64,000 nt of DNA, from NCBI GenBank assembly GCA_046563655.1, contig CM102288.1:4402001-4466000 (forward strand). Reading direction: 5' to 3'. The notes beneath the pieces are model-generated. The model saw only the letters and a program-made list of their open reading frames with translations. It did no database searches and was not told the DNA's origin. Within the stretch, counting starts at the first letter, position 1. The number at the start of each line of letters is the position of its first letter. A program made the position numbers and the translations under genes. Source of the stretch: Yuukianura sp. NJ FZ-2021 (lineage: Eukaryota). Positions 57,144-64,000 of the stretch are shown one piece after another.

Positions 57144-57437
57144 ATTGACCTCGAGTTGACGTTTGACCTCAGCCTGCAAAATGAGTAGAAATTTTCAAAA
57201 AATAATTCGAAAAAAAAAGAGAGAGAGAAAGTCTTTTTTTTTAGATTTGGAATTAAATTTCGAAATAAAGGTCATTGACCTCGAACTGACATCTGACCTC
57301 AACCTCCTCATTTCCTTCCAAAGGATAGGAGTAGCAATTTTCTAGAGATAATTTGAAAAAGAATAGAAAATGAAAGTCAATTTTCTTAATTGCTGGTGGA
57401 AGTTCGTTGACCTCCAGTTGACCTTTGACCTCAGCCT
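57144..57437. repeat. Three spaced copies of a ~30-bp TGACCT-rich module
   Basis: ttgacctcgagttgacgtttgacctcagcctg (~57145), ttgacctcgaactgacatctgacctcaacct (~57275) and ttgacctccagttgacctttgacctcagcctg (~57406). Confidence 0.75.
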
Positions 57438-60400
57438 GTCATCATCTGTTGCTGAAGGATGAATTAGTGGTTTTAGGAAGGTAATTGAGTGCCTTCCAAT
57501 TAATTAAGTGTGGCATCGATTACTCCTATAGCTTTTTCCTCTTGGAAAGTTCTATGTGTCTTTTTGTTCCGGTGTTGGAAAAAGAGAAAGGGATGGATTT
57601 TGGTGTCGCTTTTGTTCTTTTTGTGTAACAAAAGTTTTTTTCTTCTTCTATACCGGAAGCGCCTGCGCTGGTTCGAAGTGCTTCTCTGCTGATTTTGAAG
57701 CGGTGGAAGAAAGTTTCGAGCTGAAGCTGGAGAAAGTACGAACAGTTCCCAGTTTCCATCTAAAGTTAGGACGAAGTAGACAAAGTGCGCGTAGACAGAA
57801 TTCAAAATTCTCTGAAAACAGAAATTTTCCAAATTTTGAAACTGTATCATAGTTGGTTAGGTTTAGGTTCGACACAAGTTTAGGAAAACTATGTTCGAGT
57901 GAAAGCAGTATTGAAGTTAACCTCAAATTAAACCAAAGAACGAACATTTGTTGGTAAGTTCAAATTTTTGCAAAAATTTGTTGTAAAGTATTTTTCTCTC
58001 ATTGTTGTGTTTTTGTGAAAACAGCTTTAATGCAACGGTTCGATTTATTGTCAGCTCCACTGCTGTTTCTTGAATAATAAGAAGGAAAACATGCGTAAGG
58101 AGGTCACAAACAAAATTTCGAAAAACAGAGCAAGAAAGAGAAAGATTTGTGCAATTTGTTGTTACAAAGGGAACAGAAAGAAAAAGTAAGATTCTAAGCA
58201 GATTAGAGGAGAAAGTGACTTTCATTCCATTTGACTTTGGAAACTTTCCTTTCTTTTTCCTACTTTGCTGTATACTTTGGTGGAAAATTCGGGAAAAGTG
58301 AAAGTAGCACTTTCACTTTCCTGAAAGTAGATTAACGTGGAAACAGGCATGGGAAAGCGTGTCTAGAGATTTGAGCAAACCCGCTTTACTCTTACTACTT
58401 ACAAAGAACCAAAGGAAAATGAGCAATTACTTACAGCGATTATTTTTTATTTGTCTTGGGAGAATCAACGATTTTCATACTTCGTGCGGTTAGCACACAA
58501 AGTTAGGAAAAAAAGACTTTTCATTAACTAGCATCATTTCTCCTGAAAAAAATGTTTCGCTAAGCGTTTTTTCCAAAACCAAGATTTTAGTAATTTTTGC
58601 ACAGGGCGATTTTTTTGTTTTTTTGCCAGTGGGTGCATGTTTGCAAGTTTTTTTGTTCGCTGCGATGAACACGGAATGAAAAGTGGGAGAGAAAATCGAA
58701 TCGTGTTCCTAAATTATAACCGTGACGTACACGAAGTCCAACGGACCAAAAACGCTACTTTTTTTGTTCCTTGGAAAGTAAGAACTCATTGGCTCACTTT
58801 CACCTTGGAACTTTCACTTTTACTTACGGTACTTCTGGAGCCAAAGTTCAAAACTTTCACAAATTGGAGGTTAGGCAGTTGAGGTTTGTATGGGACTCTT
58901 GGCACGTGCCTTCGCAGTTTCACTAGAAAAAAGAGTAAGGAGAAAGCACTTTTCTCTCGCTCCGTTCTACAGTTTGGGCCTGAATTGCGAATTTTCGTGT
59001 CTTTTGTTTACCGAGGGACGGGACAGGAGCGCCCGTCTGCAATTTGGTCAACAACAATTCGGTCAAAAGTATTTTGGTCACAACTTTTTTAATTTGCTAA
59101 AAGATAATATCCTAGCTGAATTTCAGTTTTCAGTTTTTTTAAAGCATCACTTCAACAATTTGTGTTGAATAATTTGAAAATATTCGCAGAAGATACTTTT
59201 GTCAACATTTTGCTCTCCTTTTTTTCTTTTGCGTGTCACAATGCATGTTTGGATCAAGGATGTTTAAATTTAAAAGTGGTTGAATAGCAAATTTGTTGAT
59301 CACGTCTTTGTTTGAACATGAGAGTGATGATTATGGTTTTCTTTTGAAAGTGAAAGTGTTGATCAAATTGTTGTTGAACAAAAGACCTATGACGTGAACT
59401 ATGTCCGTAGGCTTTTTGGTAAGAATGAATTCCGGTAGGGTTTTGGTTTTAGGTCGTGGATCCTTTGGCCATTGTGTTTTTGTGGAAGCGAAGAATGGGG
59501 AAAGCGGGAAAGGAAATAATGGGATGGCATTTCATGTCAAACTTATTGATTTCTTCCTACCTCAATAGTTTATGGGACACGGCAAAAGGAATTAGACACC
59601 CTCAGCCCCACCCGAGTCCCACCGGATCACGCTCTTTTCCCGTCTTCAACGGAAACACTTCCACTTTCACTCTGAAATAATACGGTAGATCCAATTACAT
59701 TTTGATGTGATTGATGTTTACTCATTTGCTCAAGTCAAAAGGTCAACGTCGATGTGATATTCCAAATGAGAGAAATTTATCATAAACCTGCTTCGCTTGA
59801 CTTCTATTTTTTACTTGTTTTATATTTTCTGAAAAAAATTTAAAAGCTAAAAAATTCCCGGGTTTTTAATAAATGAGGAAATTATGCTGGAGGGATGGAG
59901 TGCTAATGGGGCCGTGTTTAAATTTTGTGAAAGCGTCTAATGCTTTGAGAATGAGTTTGGGATGAGCTTTTGAATAGTCAGAGGAAGATGCATTTCCTTA
60001 TTTTTTGTATTTTGAATTTCCTTGCACTTCCCTCTTAATTTCCTCCCCTGCTGCCTAATGGAACCTTAGGAAGTGGCTCCATGTGTCATCTGCAGTGAGG
60101 CAGAGGGAGTGAAAGTGGAAGTGAAAGTTCGTTCTCAGTACACACAAAAAGAGTCTCCCTTAAGTTGACAATTAAATTAGAATGGGAGTCCAGAGGGGGA
60201 ACGAGGAATGTCGCTTCAATTCCGACGAATTGAGTTTCATAAGCTCCGAATTTCATTTTCTTCAAAAATTGACTCTACGCTCCTCAATTCAGTTTCACTT
60301 TTTATTTTCCTTGTAGTGTTCGATGTACTGAACGAGAAAAACGAGTTAAGGCCGGTGCACACCGTACAAAAAAAAAATCCCAAAATTTTCACGTTCGCAA

Positions 60401-63400
60401 CGTTCTAAATATAGACGCCAAAATCTAAAATGACTGCATCGCCCTAGTTAATGAGTTCTAAAAATTTAACAGCTACAGTGAACGAATTTTGTGTGTTTTC
60501 CTTACGTAGGTACTGTCATTCTTTTTCCTGATCTGCTCGTTTTCTTAAAAAAAAACTTTTTTTTTTCTAAAAACCAAAATTTCTGAGATTTTGGAATGGA
60601 AACAGGGAGAAACCTGAAAATTCTAAATATAAATTTGAAAAAATGTGTATTTCATTTTTAGTTTTCTCCTCCGCACGAGTAGGTTTGATCTGTGTGGCAC
60701 GTGGTGGCGGTGGGAGTGTAAACTTGGCTTAAGGTGGATTTGCGTTTGATGCTTTGGGGTATCCGTTCTAATCTTCCTCATCTCCGCCTTTTGTTTTGGT
60801 TAGAATTTTCGTAGTGGCGGTGGTTTGGTTTTGCCTGTTTAATTTGAGCATACACTTCACTCCAGTCCCAATCCGCCTAGCAAAGATAAAGGGAGAGCCT
60901 AATGCCTCCCTGATTTAGTTCTTCCAGAAGGGGGAGGGGATCATGATTATTCTGAAGCACCAACTGCCATGGGAAAGCAAGGAGAAAGCAGAATTAAGCC
61001 CAACTACATCCCACATCCGCCAACACAGACAACTCAAACCATCCAACCTAATTACAACCTAATCCACTCAAAACCCTAAACCTAACGAGACGACGTTCCC
61101 AAAACCTAACTTCAAAAAATATTTTTTTTAATTTACTCCATTTTGTTACTTTAATTTCAAAAAATCATAATTTCAAAAATTCATTTTTACGATGAATGCA
61201 TGACTGCAACCCGAGAGTTTCCGCGAACTCGCGAATCTCGCGTAGCGAATTTGCATACCATTCAAAAAAATCTATGTTTCAATGAACGAAAATAAGTCGA
61301 TATTCAGTTTACCTCAGTGGGCATTCGAGGAATCTCGCGCCGTGAATTGTGTTTTGAAAACTGCATTTCTACGTTGTAGTTTCGAAGACGAAGAATTTCA
61401 CGTCGCGGTTCGCGAGGAGAAAAAATTCGCAGAAAAAATGCGTTTAGGAAAAATTGTGGAAACATAGCATCAGGCGAAAGTTTTATAAACTTAAAAGTTT
61501 AGTTTAAAAAGGAAACAGAAGCGTGTTAAAATTACAATTGCAAAAAAGGAGAAGAGAAAAAAATTGAAACGAGGAAATTTTATGCAACGAGATGTGAAAA
61601 TTGAACCGTGTTTTTCCCTTCAAAGATATTTTTCTTCAAAGATTATTTTTCGATAGAGTGAAAGTTCTCTTTGGCTATAACGTTCGTAAGTGTATGGTGG
61701 GAAAGTGTGGAATTTAAATTTAGTTTTCACTTCATTTCCATGCTCTCTCCTTGCTTTTCCTGGAAACAGAGAAGGAACCAATCGGAATTTGAGTTTGTAA
61801 AGTGAAGGTCCATCCTATCTGGAAAGTACGGCGTTCTTGGAGAGAAAGTGGGAAGGAGAAAGTAATTTAATCCGAAGTAGCCCCAGAAACCACGGCTTGT
61901 GAATTATCTAACACTCCCATTCCACCGTTATTTATTCCGATTGGATATCCATTCCAACTTTCTCCCGCCAAAACTAACCTAACCAACTTCCAAGTAGAAA
62001 GTGCATAACTTTTAGTTGGAAGTGGCCTAACCTAACGAAGGACTCCTGCAGAGGACACGGGTCAATTATTAATTTGAATTTCCCTCCAATTCTATTGTTT
62101 CTCCTGCCCTTGCTGGAACTTTCGAAGCCTAATCCCTGTCCAGGAATTGTGAAGGCCTGGAATCCTTTGAGTTTTGAAAACGAGAGTTCAGAGTCATGCT
62201 TTTGCTTGATCCTTCTGTGTGACTGGAGGGAATTTTGAATTGTGAATTGTGTCCAATTAGAGTCAAAAAGTCTGTGATTCAATATTTAGTTTCCATTCAT
62301 AATTCCAAAAGACTACACTAATGCGCTTTGTCGTGTTCCGAGGAGAAAGGAGGAGGGAAAGTTTAAAAGGATTCCCGGGCTTCATTTGATTTCAAAAACT
62401 GAAATTCAAAAGGAAGAAAACTCTATTAGAGATCCAAAAAGCGTCATTTGAATAATTTCAAAAAGCTTCCAGCTCCAGCCCCTCTCTGATTGTTGCAGTT
62501 ACAAGAAAAGTGAACTAATTTCGTTTTCATTCTTGAATTCATACAAGATTCGATACAGAAATTTCTCTCGCTTTTCTTTTCAAGAGATGAAATTACTTGG
62601 TTGGGCTTTTTTTGAAAAAAAAATTGTTCATATTTTGAAACTTTTATTTTATTTTCAGCTCCGGGAGGTTTTGGTTTGAAAAGCAAGATGAAATGGTTAG
62701 TGCTGATGACGTTTGTGAGTTTGGGCAGTATGGGAACAGAGGTTGGAAGCAAGGTAAGCACAACTTTCTTTTCTAAAAACTTTTTTTTCTAAATTTTTTA
62801 AGCCTCCAGTTGAATCACTTCCAGAAACCAAGTTCAATCACGCGGAAGAGAATTATCGTTTAAAATATTTCTTGTCCTCAAACTTTCACAAATTATTGGC
62901 AAAATTTTTCCCTTTTCGAAATCTTACAAACCTCGGAGCTCAAAAACTTAAAATCTGGAGTAATTTTGGACAAAATAGGCCAGAAATTTTGAAATTCTCA
63001 AAATACATATTCTGAAATTAGGGCTGGAGGGTGAACGGACTTTGTTTGACTAGACGAAAGGATACAAATGATCTTGTATCCTAATTCCTTTTAATTAATT
63101 AGCAACAGTGAAAGTTCAAGTGAAGATGAGTCTGATTAATTCAAGTGTCATTAGAAAGTTCAAATGTCTTCCAGAGCACTAAACCTTAACATTAGCCTTA
63201 ATAACTTTCTCCTTCCAGACGGAAAAGCAAATGCGGAAAAGTCAAAATTCATTTTTGAAAATTTTGCCAAATTTCGTCTGTGCAAACTCGTTTTTGGGTT
63301 TTCGCTTGACATTGGCAAATTGAAATATTCAAAATGAGGTCGATTAGGAATTCCGTCTCCCTGCTAAAGCTAAGCTAAGCTATGCCTGCCTTGTGCGTAA

Positions 63401-64000
63401 TTCTAATTAATTCGGCACTTTCTCTACCCTCCGAATCTGGAACAACCAGCAGAAGCGCCTTTAATCTTTTGAATCTCCCGCCTCCGTCCACTTTCTCTCG
63501 CTTTCACTTTTTCTCACTTTCCCCAGGAAAAAACGCATGTAACATTGTAGAGCCAGCCAAGCCTAATTTCTTTACGAGGGAAGGGGGAGAAGTGTCGTAA
63601 ATACAAAAACAGTCCAAATTGCATCCAACAAAGAAGAATGGGGAAACATCTTACCACGTCAAACCTAACTTTAGTGCCTAACCCAGAGGAAATATCCAAC
63701 CAAAGCTAACAAAAACGCAAAACCATACACTATGCATGTTAACATAAATATCCTAACAAACGCTACCTATGTTATGTGAAAATCAAGTTAACTAGCGATT
63801 CTTTTCCAAAAGTTAGAGAAAGTTGGGCTTGACAAGACGAAACTATCATAACAATATAAAAACAGTTAGCCGTAACTTGGAAAACTCAGACATGTTTTTC
63901 TTAAAATTTTGAAATTTTGGAAACCTTTGAAGAAAAAGTGGAATGATGGTGAAAGTTGTTTTCGTTTTGAGAAATTGTGTTAATTTGAAACAAGTGTTAT

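Noticed and set aside
61045..61112. Scattered AACCTAA(C) telomere-like words (also ~10851, 11417, 36320, 57855, 62026)
   Set aside because: Not a tandem array, only isolated 1-2 unit matches. Noted as a caveat for the template argument at 17130.
63059..63082. AGGATACAA-n6-TTGTATCCT hairpin
   Set aside because: A 9-bp stem with no supporting context; compatible with chance.
57500..64000. Numerous 60-116 aa ORFs in the distal AT-rich region
   Set aside because: F/K/L-biased, with no domain motifs or consistent exon chain. Likely intergenic or a large intron.

Overview
Gene-dense, AT-rich animal genomic DNA with short GT-AG introns. It is probably an arthropod, but the species cannot be determined from sequence alone. 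Bases 1-52 kb carry about 16 spliced genes that I reconstructed by hand. They are a Der p 7/TULIP-like protein (5' partial), TEX2, CCDC28, SON, an LRR-less CEP97-like protein, RARS2, PP1-beta, IRE1, a SOCS2/CIS-type gene, a Sina-RING+ZZ protein, an unknown coiled-coil protein, IFT140, GatC, a small 2-TM protein and a zinc-finger-less NUFIP1. An X-box-preceded, microtubule-inner-protein-like gene lies at 55-56.5 kb, and the rest of 52-64 kb looks non-coding. A 379-bp Mutator-like MITE with a 9-bp target-site duplication sits in the SON 5' region. The most intriguing signal is a ~370-nt GC-rich, strongly self-complementary island in the 5'UTR intron of PP1-beta. It has an AACCTAAC (TTAGG-template-like) segment right after a long-range helix, a possible pseudoknot and a terminal ACA. 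This makes it a candidate intron-encoded structured RNA and, speculatively, a telomerase RNA. All family assignments come from motif recognition; no database search was run.
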